From: Lytechinus pictus
Taxonomy: Eukaryota
Direction: 5' to 3'
Assembly (NCBI RefSeq): GCF_037042905.1
Contig: NC_087263.1
Coordinates: 13,394,001-13,458,000, forward strand
Length of the DNA stretch: 64,000 bases
Part shown: positions 12,971 to 26,999 of the stretch, in pieces
How the letters are laid out: each line of letters opens with the position of its first letter
Position numbering within the stretch: position 1 is the first letter of the stretch
Program-made: the position numbers and the translations under genes
Notes under the pieces: generated by a model
Told to the model about the DNA's origin: nothing
Seen by the model: only the letters and a program-made list of their open reading frames with translations
The model's database searches: none

Positions 12971-15334
12971 ATGAAGAAAATATAGTCGATTTATTCATAT
13001 ATGCGTATGTATACAGGAAAGAAAAAAAAGGTCGAAATCATAATTGATGTAAACATAATTACTGAACAAAGTCAAGTTAGCGCTCTTTGGGGTGTAATCT
13101 TGCACCCTATGTGAGAAAAGGTGCAAAAATGACCCTTTGTGGTTATTGCTTGCACCCTCAAATGCTCGTATACAACCTGAAAGGTTCGACCTTGCACATT
13201 TTAGGCCGCATGATATCTTACGTTAAAATGTTCGAATCTAGACGTATCACTTGGAGGAGTTTCCTTTGGAAATACATCCACATAATCGATGGGTATTCAC
13301 TAATTATATTATTATATATTTTTTTAAATTACACAGTAAAATAGCTCTATATAGATATATTTAATATATGAAGTTTTAACATATATATCTATATATATTT
13401 AATATATGAAGTTTTAACAAAATTAGAAACGCATGTAGCAATGTTCAATTTCTTATATATTTTATCAAAAGTAGTACATTGTTGTTTAATCTTTATATCT
13501 TAAAGAACAACAATTTGTACAAAGTGAACTAGGTTGAATAAGAATTATACATTTTGTTTAACCTTGTTATTATTGAGTAGTAGGCCTAGTCATTAGTATG
13601 ATCATGGACCTATATACTACTAATGACAGTTCCATTATGATGAGTAAATTTGAGTCCAAACAAATTCTTCTTCTCACATGAAAGGCTACGGTGGTTAACC
13701 TATCCAAATAATTTTCTTCTTGCTAAAGCAAAAGGTGACCTGAAGCGAATGTCATGATTCATCGAATTAATTTACTTTGAAAAATTAGCTGGGAGCAATG
13801 CACGAACAAAATATCTCTATGTTTTATAACTTATATTTATTCCCTGACCCCGAGGTGGGGGGTCCTGGATATATCCATGAATAAATGGAAATGAAATTCA
13901 TATCAACATTAAAATTCCTGCCGAAATATTTATTTTTACATAATATCGCACAAAATTTCTTTGGAGCATTGATTAAAAGTCGCAAAATTGTTAACTTTTT
14001 AATTCTGGTCTTATATTTTGACAGAGAACTATATACCAATTTAACTCCTTTTTCTTCTTATCCTTCTTTTATTTTTTCCCTGGTCATAAACTTGGGGAGG
14101 GGTAGGGGAGGCAACTGCCCATAGCCACTTTAACCTAAACGCCATTGGGTATTCCAAAGGAAGGTCTCCTACCCGCTAGATCACCGGGGATTGAACGTCC
14201 GTGACAGGGCGATCAGTGATTCACGAACTCTCCAAACATCGATTGTTTAGCCTTGAGATAAAAACGATTTGAGAGATTCATCGATGCCTCGATATCGCCC
14301 CCTCAAGCGAAATGAATTTCTAGACCAAGCGTGAGATGACGAGATCATTCAGGCAGGAGGCAGGGATTCCCAGTTTTCTTTCAGGTCCCGGTCACATCAA
14401 GGCACTTCTCAAAGACACTTCTTTGGCCATGTATTCTACTAAAGATGTAGGACATAGTTATTAGCAAGGGGCGGCGCTAGCGCCACAGGGGTTGGGGCGA
14501 TTTTCCCTATGATTTTCAAAGTAGTGAAAACAAGGGGGGGGGGGTGAGAAAATTCGGGAATGGAGAGGAAAAATTAATGGATGGAATAAAAAAGAAAGGT
14601 CTTGGCCGGGCTACTCTAAAATACCCCTATAATCAAACTAAGAAAAATATGAGGTCTTGTCGTCCCCCTATAACGTAGTCTTCGCCGTTCACACATATCA
14701 TTACGAAAAAACGGGGTATTCACAAGGAAATAATTCGGCATGAATCAAAGGCCAAATGTTTTTCGAATCCGAGAGGGGATAGGTTTTGAACAATAATGCT
14801 GAAACCATTCCATGTTCTTTCTCACTTCATTCGAGTATTTTGACAATTATGTCCATGTACGTTCATTGCGCCCCATATAGGCTTAGCGCCACAGCAAAGT
14901 CGTTTACGAATAGGCCTTTTCTGTAGGTATGACTTGGGTATTTCTCCGATTGTCGGAGAATGTAAAAAAAGAGAGAAAAGAAGACAGGTAGGTAGATTAG
15001 AGAGATATATAGAGAGAGTTCGGGTGAAATCTATATCATTTCACGCTCCAACGAGCTGGAATGTGATTGAATACAGGTAAGGTATACAAGGGCATCGAAC
15101 TCATCACGTGACTTTGAACTAGGTCAGGTGATATGTTCTTTCATTTCCCGCTGGCATATAAAGACCCAAAGGAATTTAGGTTCTATGCATTTTTTTCTAT
15201 AATTTCGATTTATTAAAAATGTTATGAGGACTACTCATACTCAGCAGCTCATGGGCGTATAAATGGGGGGGGGGGGGGGGGGGGGGCTCGGGGCGATCGG
15301 GGGTATGTTGCGTCCATCATGTTGAGACACTTAA

Positions 15335-15918
15335 AGGAGAATGAAACTCTTGGAGCAAGTAAGCTTTTGTGAAAGCAGAAAAATCAAAGAATAAGATCAA
15401 CAACAGTTTGAGTAAAATAGGACTAGCAATAGAAGAGTTATGAGCATTTGAATGTCGAGATCACTAATGCTATGGAGATCCTCCTATTGGCAATGCGACC
15501 AAGATCTATGATGTAACAGATGAACAACTCTCCCTTTTTGGACACTGAAAATATACCCCAAAACATCTCATTTTGCTCATTCTAATCATATGACAAACGA
15601 TTCATCAATGATATAATTTTGTGAAACCTCTGTACTTGTCCTCTCATAAAGAGAACACCTCACCTTGTGATAGACTCTATAAAAGTGAGAATATAAGTGA
15701 AATAAGTACTAAAGTAATGAGGGAGTTGTACGTGTGTGACATCACAGATCTTGGTCGCATTGCCAATGGGAGGATCTACATGGCATTAGTGATCTCAATA
15801 TTCAAATGCTCATAACTTTCTTATTATTCATTCAATCTTCCTAAAACTTTCAACAATACGTTTCTTTGATTTTTCTCTTTGATATGGATTCAGCTGGTTT
15901 CAAGGGTTTCATTCTCCT
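15335..15918. mobile_element. TTAA-flanked MITE, Kolobok-like family B
   Basis: TTAA|AGGAGAATGAAAC ... GTTTCATTCTCCT|TTAA. Inner inverted arms include TATGAGCATTTGAAT...ATTGGCAATGCGACCAAGATCT / AGATCTTGGTCGCATTGCCAAT...ATTCAAATGCTCATA. Confidence 0.85.
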
Positions 15919-18229
15919 TTAAAGTTTTTGGCTCCTAACGTCACTGCTATACCTATTCCTGTTTTTTTTCTGATAAAACATTGATTTCTTTCCAAATCAC
16001 AACTCGTCCTTTACTATGACCCTTGTATACAAAAGGGTGTCTACAACTATGTTGATATCTACTGCAGATTCCAATGCCTGTACTACATGTACATAGTAAA
16101 AGCGTTATTTTTTATACAACGCTGTTTACCATACAGTAGTTGTTTAAACAGTTGAAACAAGTGTTTATCGTAACCAACAAAGTTTAATTTCTAATGTTTG
16201 GGTTTCAATAACCTAAGCATGATTGTTTAAACTGTTAAACAACTCATGTGAAAATTCACATGGTACAAATTTTAAACAGCGTTTAAGTGTGCAATATGCC
16301 ACTGCCATGTACTAGATTCAAATGCTATTTTCTAATATTATTACATCTATTGCCAGTGGCGTTTATGAGTCAGATTTCTACAAGGGGCGGAACATTGACT
16401 AGGGAACAAAATTTCTGCGCGAAGCGATCGAGCGATAATTGTAATCGTTTTTAAATGAAAATAGTTTTGTCATACTTTTCTTTTGAAAAAATGATATTCA
16501 AAATATATCATTTTTTATTTCACTCTAACATTTTCTCTTTTATTGATTTCCAGGTCGTGAAACCCTTTTTATGGAGGAGGCCCCCAACCTGTCTATAACA
16601 TGAAGATATAAATCACTTGTACTTTTTCTTTATTTGCTATTCTCCCTTCCTTCGTGATTGTGATTTCTGATGCAAACTTGGTGATTAAACATTGATATCA
16701 TGTTAGAATTGCAAACAAAAGCAACGAAAACAATTCTAAACCCAATCTTAAAGAGTTATTAATACCACTGTACTTCAACCAATACAGCTCGAAATGGGAT
16801 TTCGTTGGCGTTTCTCAAATTCCATACAAAGAGTTAAGTAAGAATTAAATGCCTGTTATTAGAATGAGTGTCACGAAATGAGAGGTGTTTTTAGTCTCTG
16901 TTCTGTATTCTGCAATGTTTCATTAATTTCATTTTTTATATCTCGTTTCTCTGATTTTGTACTCCAATCGTGCAATAATTCTTGTAAATATTGTGATTTG
17001 TCATGATTTTTAAAAATAAAAACAGAATTATAAAACAAACAATCAAAAATTTTTGAAATATTTCTCAACAATAATTCCGTTATTGGACTTGGCAACTCAC
17101 TGACAGCGAATACAGATCAAAAGGATCCTTTCCAATACATTGAAAAGTCTTCATAAAAATGTCCCTTTTTCGATACAAATCCGAATGATTAAGATAATTG
17201 ATGACTATCTTTTATGGCTAACTGGAACAAGGTCGTGTTGCGGTCATTCATGAAAAATCTTACGATGGAATATTGGTGTGCTGGTACGAATCCGGGATAA
17301 TGTCACGGGAAAAACTGTCCTACCGATAAAGCGTACGTGTCCGGTCCGTATCAGGTCCGTATATCTACAAATAACACGTATGTGGCCGGGGAACGTGGAT
17401 TGAAATTTCAAAAAGACGAAACTTTTGAGAAGATCAAGCAGGTTGTATATATTTTTTTGGGAGATTAGATGTTATATGAATCTTTTCCATTGCCCTACTT
17501 TTGCTTTTGAAATATAAGCTAAGTTTTTTACTTAATCGTTTTACGCACTACTTTATACTTAGTAGGGTTAGGTATATTGATTTTTTTGAGGGATTTTGTG
17601 TCTTTTTTTTGGGGGGAGGGGGGGGGGGGCTGAGTACTGAATAGGGAAATTGACCGTTTTTATCAAAATTTTCTCCAAATTTTTATTCGAAAGATTTCAG
17701 ATGTCATAAATAAACCTTTCATGTTATTCCAAATGGATGAATCTGACATCTTCATTTAATATAAATAGATTAAAAAAAAAAGACGTTAAAAAATCTAGGG
17801 ACAAAAATACAGGTGTGCTCATAATATTAAGATTAGGAGAAAAAAAAAGAGAAACATCTGACAATCTGAATGAAACGGGGAGGAAATTTGCATCAATAAA
17901 CTGGCCTATTTATAATTCAGCTATCAATCATTCGCATTTTCTTTTGAGGGCTTTGATGACAAATATGACATTTCATGTCGGTGATATTGCCAGGAGTGAT
18001 CGTAGAATGTGTACTTACTGGAGGGGGTGGGGAGGGCGGAAGGGGAAAAAGAAAATATGGTGGTGAGGGGGAAATAGAGAGGGATAAAAATAAACGGACC
18101 TGCAGCCTTTCGGATGACACGGGATTAATGAAGATCGACTGATTGGTGTCAGAGAAATTCTGATGAGTCATGGTTCCTTCTTCAACTCTCCCACCTCCCG
18201 TAATGGTTCCTCTTCCAAATATTTAGCTA

Positions 18230-18833
18230 CACTCACACCAGCGAAACCGACTCCAAACCGACCGATGGTGTGTCATTGGAAATAGCGTGATAACTTTGAT
18301 CGGTCTGGAGTCGGTTTCGTTGGTGTGACTGTAACCGAAACCGACTCCAAACGGACAGATGATATGTCATTGGAAATAACGTAGTAGTTTTGATCGGTCT
18401 GAAGTCGGTTTCGTTGGTGTGACTGTAACCTAAACCGACTCCAAACCGACCGGTGATTATGCCATTGGAAATAGTGTAGTAGCTTTGATCGGTCTGGAGT
18501 CGGTTTCGTTGGTGTGACTGTAACCGAAACCGACTCCAAACCGGACCGATGAAATGTCATTGGAAATAACGTAGTAGATTTGATCGGTCTGGAGTCGGTT
18601 TCGTTGGGGTGTCTGTAACCTAAACTGACACCAAACGGACCGTTGATATGCCATGGCCATGAAACAACACCGATTTGGCGTTAGGCTAACACCAATTTGA
18701 CATATAAGCAACACCAATTAGTGTTAAACCAGTATCGTTTGGATTTTTAACTGGTGTTGTGTCAACTCCACTCTGGTGTGGACCGATATAGATACCGAGC
18801 TGGTGTTAAATCAACACAGGTGTTTTTACAGTG
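18230..18833. mobile_element. Non-autonomous CACT-ended element containing a ~95-bp hairpin tandem array
   Basis: TA|CACT at left and TTTTTACAGTG|TA at right. About 4.5 tandem units (18242-18660), each with inverted arms CGAAACCGACTCCAAACCG / CGGTCTGGAGTCGGTTTCG. Confidence 0.65.
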
Positions 18834-21800
18834 TATAAACAAATGTAATTAAGAATTTAAGACAAAACAAAGTTGAAGAGCATAAAGTAAAGGGATCGGA
18901 ATTGAAGGTGTAGAAGTATAGGTGTTTAAAAGTGTTCATAAGACACCGAAATAGATCGTGGGTGGTGCAAACTAAGGGGAAAGCTACATGTACGTGCATC
19001 AGTAATGGTAGTAGGAGCTCCTTTTGGTGTGCAACTTTGCACCCTACGAAGCTTTCTGCACCTTTAATGTCACAGTTACATGTACATGTAGCTACATTTT
19101 GCACCATTTGGAGCAGAAATGTTATACCCCTTGTAGAGAAGGTGTCCGTTCGCACCCTCCTTCGAGAATTAATACACCTTTTTGGATTCATACAAAAATG
19201 AACAGAAAAGGTGCACAATTCCACTTTTAATCCAGGATGCCAGATAGCACAGAACAACGTGCTGTCAGTGTACTATTTGGGGTGCAAGCTTACATTTTTT
19301 TTATTTCTCTTTCTTCGTCTCTGCCTCTAACTTTCTGTTCTTATATCTACACTGAACATCTGGTTAGGTTGGGGGGGGGGGGGTAGTCAAGGAGATTTAA
19401 CACCTCTCTGGATTGGTCGATCAGCATTCTTATTCAAGAAAACGGTATAATGGGAGACATGGAAGGGGAGTAAAACATGGTCTGGCGGTTTTCTTTCGAT
19501 ATCATGATTTGAATCGAATTTCCTTAAAACAAAACCAATTTGTACCCTTTTCTCGCAGGCCTGCCAATTTCTTCCTCTACCGGAGGAAAAATAAAGTAAG
19601 ATTATGCACTCAATACGTGAAAGGATTAAACATCTACTACAGTTTTCATTCACGCTCTCTCGCTTTGCTTACTTGCACAAATTAAGACATCTTGCATTGC
19701 ATAAAAGACCCCCAATCTCAATCAATATCAATGTTCTTATCTCTAATAAAGAAATTGTATATGATTCAGAAAGATCACCGTAAAGTGTTTAACCTTCTTA
19801 ACATCTTAACATTTCTTAAGGAAATTGAAAATACGATAAGTATGGCGGATAGATAATTCACTTTTATACTTAGATGCCAAGTGTAGCCGAATGAAACAAC
19901 ATTGATATGATTGAATTATTCGTCATCAAGGCTGGGCATTCAACATCTACATTTTCTCCCCTCTTCATTCGAGTAAACCCAGTTTTCCATCGAAAGTGTT
20001 CTTTTTTATCAAGGTCATATTCTCCAGTACAGAAAGGTGAGTTCACTTTGGCCAGAGTCAAGCAGGATGATTCATATTTATAGATTCTCTTGTTTTCTTT
20101 ATTTGATCGTTTGCCCCGCTTCTTTAATTGCTCAGTGAAAATAAAGTCTTCACCGAGAAATGAACTTGGGTATAAGGTTTAGTCTTCACTCGGAAACATT
20201 ATTTCATTTTCCTAACAGATTTCAAGATGAAATTGATTTAAATTTAATAATTCAAACATAATTATAATATAAGCAGTACACATCGAAGTGGAGAAATCGC
20301 CATTCATCAAATTAATCAATAAAATAGGACCAAAACTTCAGTAAACTAAAAAGTTGGAATATTTTATTCTAATGTCATTAATTGTAAGCCAGGTCATGTT
20401 TTTTTTTTTAATGAGTTGAGTCTTTTTAGTATTTATGCAGCTCGTCGATAAATATCCATTGTTAAATAAAATCTTTCAACTACCTCTTGAAGTGTATATA
20501 CTTTTACATATACATGTTTCATATTTTTAGGTTATAGGTAAAGCACGTGAAATAATAACTAAATTGAACAACTAATCTATCTATGTATTCTTATTGTAGT
20601 CATATTTTTCTCCAAAAAGACAACTAAAGAAAGAAATCATAATAAAAAACAATTTAAAATATATGAGAGGAAAAGAATGTGAGACATATTTGAGATATAA
20701 CCCCTTCCCTCTCTTTCATGTATTATGGATCTTATAACTTATTGGAATCTGCGTTGCTAAAATATGACAGTCTGATGGCATAGACTATAAGGGGTGCGAG
20801 GGGTAGATGACTAACCCATTTAGGACACACAACCGGACAGACGGACGATGAGATATCAATCTATGATTCATCATAAATGTTTGTCATCCACTCTCCACCG
20901 ACAGTCCATCTGCATATTTAATAGATTGTTATAAGTCGATACCTACCCCCCCCCCCATCTTCAACATGCCGCGAACCGTCACGAAGTAAGCGCATTATAC
21001 CTTTTTTTTCAGAGTGCCATCTCTATTAAATGTTAACGCGCAATGAAAACACATGTTCGCTGATTGACACATGCTTAAGTTGAAATTAAAGCATGTACAG
21101 TATTAAAATTACCCGCATTTTTCTATGACTACCATATGATGTATAAGAATGATACATTAAATGTCATGCATTCTTTGGCAGTCAGAAAAAAAGCGAATAT
21201 CCAATTGTTCAAACCATTTTCGTCAGAGTTTTGAAGCGAACATTAAGTAATAGATTACACAAAATGAGCAAGAACAGAAAACTAAATGACATAAAAATCT
21301 TGCTTACATTATCATACAAATAAACATGACAAAACAAGCAATATGAATCACAATCATACATCTTTTTAATGAATAAAATAGTATTGCTTTACAAAAAATT
21401 TGCTTCGTCCAATAAGTTCATAGGCTCAATGTGACGTATTTTTTTAAAAGGTGTAGCTAAGAAACAAAATGTAGACTTCAAATCCATCGTTTTCAAAGTG
21501 TTAATAATAATTTGGCAATATTCTTTGCAAAATGAGGTGTTAAGACCAAAACCAGTCTATGTTTTGAGAGGAGCACACGCTCTGGTGTCAAATACACCCT
21601 GGCGTTTTTTTTAAAGAGAACCCCAAACCCTTGGCAATACACTAAAAAATACGGTGCTAATACCAACACGAGTCTATGTTCTGGCAGGATCACAATATCA
21701 GGTGTGAAAATACACCCTAATTTTTAAAGGACCTACATGTGTTACATTACACCATAAATTCAACACTGGCGGTAACTGCATAGTGTGGTCCTCTGTAAAC

Positions 21801-23851
21801 ACCGATTGCGTATTTTAAAGAGCACTCTTTTGTAGGCATTAGTGGAAAGATGATACTTGAAAAATTTAATAATGTAGAAATGTCCCCCAGAAAATGAATA
21901 CATAATTTCTTTATTTGCTTACTTTAAGATTTGATAACTTGAGACAAATATTTTTAATGTCGATATATTTCTATTCTGTCAGTTGTGAGTTGGTCTATAT
22001 ATAGGCGCACAAATTAGTTTCGTTTGTTTTTATTAAACTTGGGTTTTGGTATTCATTTCATTTATTAAGATTAATAACTGATTAATATTTGACAGAAAAC
22101 TGAGAGCTAAGAAACACATGTATTAAGCGCCTTACAAATGTTATAATAATTATCATTATTATCAAGTATCATTGTTTTAATCCCTTAACTTGTACAAATA
22201 CACCAAATCATTTATTAATTGTCATTAAAATGGAACGTTGAGGAAAGCCAAAACAAAGGTTAAAGAAGAAGGCAAGCAAAAGAGAGAACTAGCTATGAAT
22301 ACAAATACAGGTAGAAAGAGTTTGGGGAGTAAAACTTAAAAAAAATACAGGTGAATGGCCAGATGGATGACTAACAGACTAAGCTATATATTTTCATCTA
22401 ATTGGACGAAAGCTTGGACTACCAGCTATCAGCTCATGTCGCATTGAGTCATCATGTTCAACCTACACCCCTTCCTATCTCAATGTGATACGACATTGCT
22501 CTATTTTGTTTAATTAATTTCAGAAGAAAGTAAAGCATCATCGGGTTAACAAGATTTGTTGTTCCCTTGTCAGAAAGAGAAGTTTGAAAGGACGAAATGT
22601 TGAAAATGCTGAATTTCCTTTTGAAAAGGTTGGCAATACAAGAGAAATTCAAATTTATAATATATATACCATGTATACCGTAGTTATTAGATGAAACATG
22701 AATCCTTTTCACTTTGAATTACTACGATAAGGCATTTAAAAAGGGTTATCAATTACGATTGGTATTCAAAAGAAATATCTATGCATCCTGAATAAGCATC
22801 TTCAAACGTTGATGTTCAAAAGACGTTTTTTAATGCATGGGAACAAAATAAATTTTCGGGTTTAAAACAGGAAGGATAATAAATTAACAAACAATTTATG
22901 TTCCCATTTGAATACTGTCACAAATGCAACCACACACTGTACCCACGAGAATATCAATCATATCCTATGATAAAGATGATAATTTTCGCATTCTCATAGC
23001 CGTGGCGCCCCAACGGCCACACCCCTTTATCGCTACCATTAGCCATGGGCTCACGGCCCGCTACTCGGTGACTCAGGCCTGAGCTGGCCCGACGGTTAGC
23101 GGTCGAGCGAGTCATCCCTTGTACCGAGAAAGTATAGGCAGAAAGCATGGGTATATTGGCTGGTTATGAGTTTTGTATGCCATTAAATTTCATCCTGATA
23201 CTAAGAAGTTGTATATACAAATAATTTCTGCTTGATGAATGTACACTTTAAAAAGGGTTACCCTACATAAAGGTGAAATGCCTGTTTGGTAGAATAAAGC
23301 CGATTTGTTTCTTTTGTTCAATAATTTTGAAGCAATGTTTTGTATTCCCAATCCTAAGAACTGTTGGTTGTGGTAGTACATTTCATGATGATCAAAGTAA
23401 AGCCAATCTGTCTACAAACAATTAGTGAATTGGTGATTCATTGTGACAGTTATATGCGTGTATACGATTTTCATCATAGACGATGCAATCACAAGCGCGC
23501 CATTCGTCAAGTCACCTGACTTTCCGGGTTGACCACGCCCATTGTTCCTACCTGTACCGTGCGCCCAGTATTTTAAATATCATTTGATTCCTTGTCACAA
23601 GGCTCTATTCCATTTAAAATGGAAGGGGAGAGGATAGCTAGGGCGGGCTTCCTGGAGTTAGGGGCGCTGAATCTTTCATGTTTTTAAAGGAATGCCAAGA
23701 AAAAATGTGATTTTCCTTAAGAGCATTGGGTCACAAAGCTAAATAATCTTTTACTTAAATTCGAAATAACATTTCAAAGATCCGGTGTAGCTGTGTGTGT
23801 GTGACGATGGGGCAAGCAAATACCGATACACCCATCGTGATCTTAAACCCA

Positions 23852-25252
23852 TACTCTATGGCAATCTCAAGACACGACGTCGCTGATTGGTTAATTCATG
23901 CACGTGATCAATCCTTCCCAACTTACTCGCAAACATGCGAACACGGTGAGAATATTGAAAAGATTCTGATTGGCTGCTTTGCGAAATCACGTGGTCCAAA
24001 AGTGAATGATCACCTTCGTTCTCTTGCCGCACTATCAGTCTAAGATATGAACTCATTGATTGGTTGATTCGTGAGATCACGTGGTTTGTTTGGTAGAACA
24101 AGCCCTGCACAATTGAGTCAACATTGATAAATAGTAAAGTTGCATCCTTTATTCGCAACTACGCCCATTTTCCATACCAAACCACTTGGAATTTGTCATC
24201 ACCATATCAGATCAAATGAATTCTGGGTAATTGTCCATTTTATTTCACAAAATGACGAGGCATGTTTTGACTTCATTTTACATCAAAAATATTTGGTCTT
24301 AGAGGTTGTCATGATTGGTACAGTTGGTATTCCGTTGGTTTTCATGAATCCTTAGCGAGATACAAACCTGATGTTTAATGGATAAAAATATCAATAAGGA
24401 TAAAAAAGATCACATAACAAAATAAGACAACTATAACAAATACAAACGGGAAAATATAATCAAGAAATAACGAAGAAAGTAGAGCTCAGCAATAGCTTTA
24501 ATAATGGTTTTCCAGAACAATATAGAACCATTCGTTTTATTTCATGCATCATTTCTGATTTCATACATAAAACTTTAAGGACAAAACGTGCGAAATAAAA
24601 AATATTATTAAAAATGCCCTGTAAAGAGTTAGCGGTGACAATACATAATCAAATTTTCTTGATTTATTTAAGAAAATAATGCTGAAAATTTGGTTATATA
24701 ACAGGGTGTAAACAAGGGGCGAGATAATATCAATATATGAACATGGCTTTTAGAAAGAGACATGCACGTAATAAACGATATCAAAAGAAACATAATCACT
24801 CTATAATAAACGTTATGAATGAGGAAGGTGAAAGCAAATACGACCGACCATCTTCTACAAAAGTGAGCACATAAATATTTGTAGTATAGCGCTTTAGGTG
24901 TTTTTTCCGCAAAGGAAACGAAAATAAAAATCCGGTCTCCGAAACATCATAAAATACCAGCTACCTTATCGGTCTTAAATGAGGCAATAAATGAATTAAG
25001 AAGTTTCTTAATTTTCAGGTAATCGTTAGTAGCTTCAAATTGCGAATTGTCAAGGACGCTCGAGTGCCATGGATATAGATAATATCGGTGATATTTCATG
25101 ACAATGCCCTTATTTCTTATCATGCTTTAAAAAAAAAATGGTTGTGAACTTAATTTTTATTTGTTAAATGATTTTAACCATACAAATTTCATAAGAATTT
25201 TGAAACCAATCAACAAAAAAACACAAATAAAACGAGAGACAAGAGGTACATG
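23852..25252 (+). repeat. Dispersed duplicated block, copy 1
   Basis: 23852-24335 aligns by eye with 35281-35750, and 24937-25252 with 35896-36205, in the same orientation. Confidence 0.9.
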
Positions 25253-26644
25253 GAAAAATGATATGAAAATAAAAACGGCAATTCTTGCGATAATGATAAT
25301 AGTTTTAAGACAAATAAACCAATAAAACATTATACAATTACTTCATTCAAAGAATTAAATAGCATTTCTGGAATTTTACAAGCAAGAGATGATCAATCAA
25401 GTTTTCTTCGCAAAAACCTTTAAATTTCATAAAAGAAAATTGAAGGAAGGGAAATGGGCACGAGAGACATTTCCACCAGCGATGATTTTTCTTAGCGGAT
25501 AACATTTTCCCCTTCCAGGACATTGCTAGATTGATTCATCACCTAAGAGGCAGAACAAGTTCCCGACTCTGGAATAATCACCACCAAAAATTTTTACAGA
25601 TGGTATTTTGCAGATGACTCAGGATGACTAAGGCGTGGATTTGTGAGCTTGCGAGAGGGATAAAAGAAGCAGAGAAGCTACCAGGGGGAGATTTGATTGA
25701 CAAAAGATGATGGAAATTATGGCATTTTCGAGCCATGCCTGTAACCTAAACGTACTTTTGATTAGCGCTACATGTATGCTTTGTGGTACGTCTCAGGGTT
25801 TTTCACCTTCTCCTCGGCGTGGGCTTAATGATGCAGTAAGGAGGGAATCGGGAGTGCGAAAAGGATATTGGTAGAAATTTGATGATTTGTCATCGCTCCC
25901 CTCAGCGGGGTTCGGAGTTTATTTTGTCTCTTTGATTCTTTTGATCTGTGCTTCTTGCTTATAGTTCGGTCGTCTTCGTATTATCTTTCCATGTTTCTTT
26001 AATTGAAGTTCGTTTCCCAGTTTTTCACCTGCTTTTAGTAGCTTTAAAACAATCCTTTCACTTAATTTTCTATCACTCTATCTCCTCTTTTTTTCTCTTT
26101 CGAATAAGTTTCTCCCCTTTCCCATGATCTCATTTCCTTTGTTCTCGTTATCTCTCTCTCTCTTCTGTTGTAAAGCTTTCACTTTTCAAGTCTCTGTTCC
26201 AGCTTCTTGGATTATGTAACGCCAAAATTAAATTGAAAATATTTTATTTTTTTCCCGCAAAATAATTTCTCTGATGTTATTCCATTTCCTCATTAGATCT
26301 TTCCATTTGATAGCATAAATACCCACTTTTTCTTATTCAATATGATGACGTTATGTGACCAATGGCGTGCATAGCCTATACATTTCAATAATAAAAGGAC
26401 ATTAATGCTTTCAGTGCTTCATATTTCCCCCCTTAATATCAAAATACATCATGTTTTGGCTCACTTTATTATAATATATTATTTCATAATATCAAAATTA
26501 TCTAAAGAGATGGGCCTCCTTAAAGACACGCGGACAAAGTTTCAAGAAAAATGATGAATATAAGACTACAAGTGAAAGAAGACAGAAACGGTGAGAAAAT
26601 ATGATAAAAAATATAATTCATGCACACATGGTAAAGAAAATAGA

Positions 26645-26820
26645 TTTTGGTTTGGTTTGGTTTGGTTTTATTTACCGTATACAAATCACAATAAAATACA
26701 TTTCACAAGATATTAGATTAAATATGAATATATAAACATGCACATAAAAATATACGGATGGATCACTCTGTTCAGAGCCATTGATATAATGGCTCTGTTC
26801 TTCCTAGAGGTCCAGATTGA
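26645..26820 (-). mobile_element. 3' tail of a LINE (CR1/L2-like)
   Basis: Hairpin CAGAGCCATT...AATGGCTCTG, then on the minus strand AATAAA followed by an (AAACC)n tail. Confidence 0.4.
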
Positions 26821-26999
26821 AAAAAAAAAATCTATAGATCAGTATATAGGGTAAAACGAGAGACACATATGCCTACATCTAAAAATTGCAAGAGATAGAA
26901 TAAATGAGGAAAAGAGAGAGGGACAGAGAAAGAGAGCGAGGCGGGGGGGGGGGGGAGATTTCAAATTCAAGAGAGACCAGTAAATCTTAATTGGGTAAT

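Noticed and set aside
18242..18660. CRISPR-like array
   Set aside because: The intervening sequences are homologous to each other rather than unique spacers, there are no cas genes, and the context is eukaryotic with transposon-like termini.
22954..23148. GC-rich patch with a 64-aa ORF
   Set aside because: The ORF is too short and has no recognisable domain. Only a single AP-1 site is present, which is not enough for a call.
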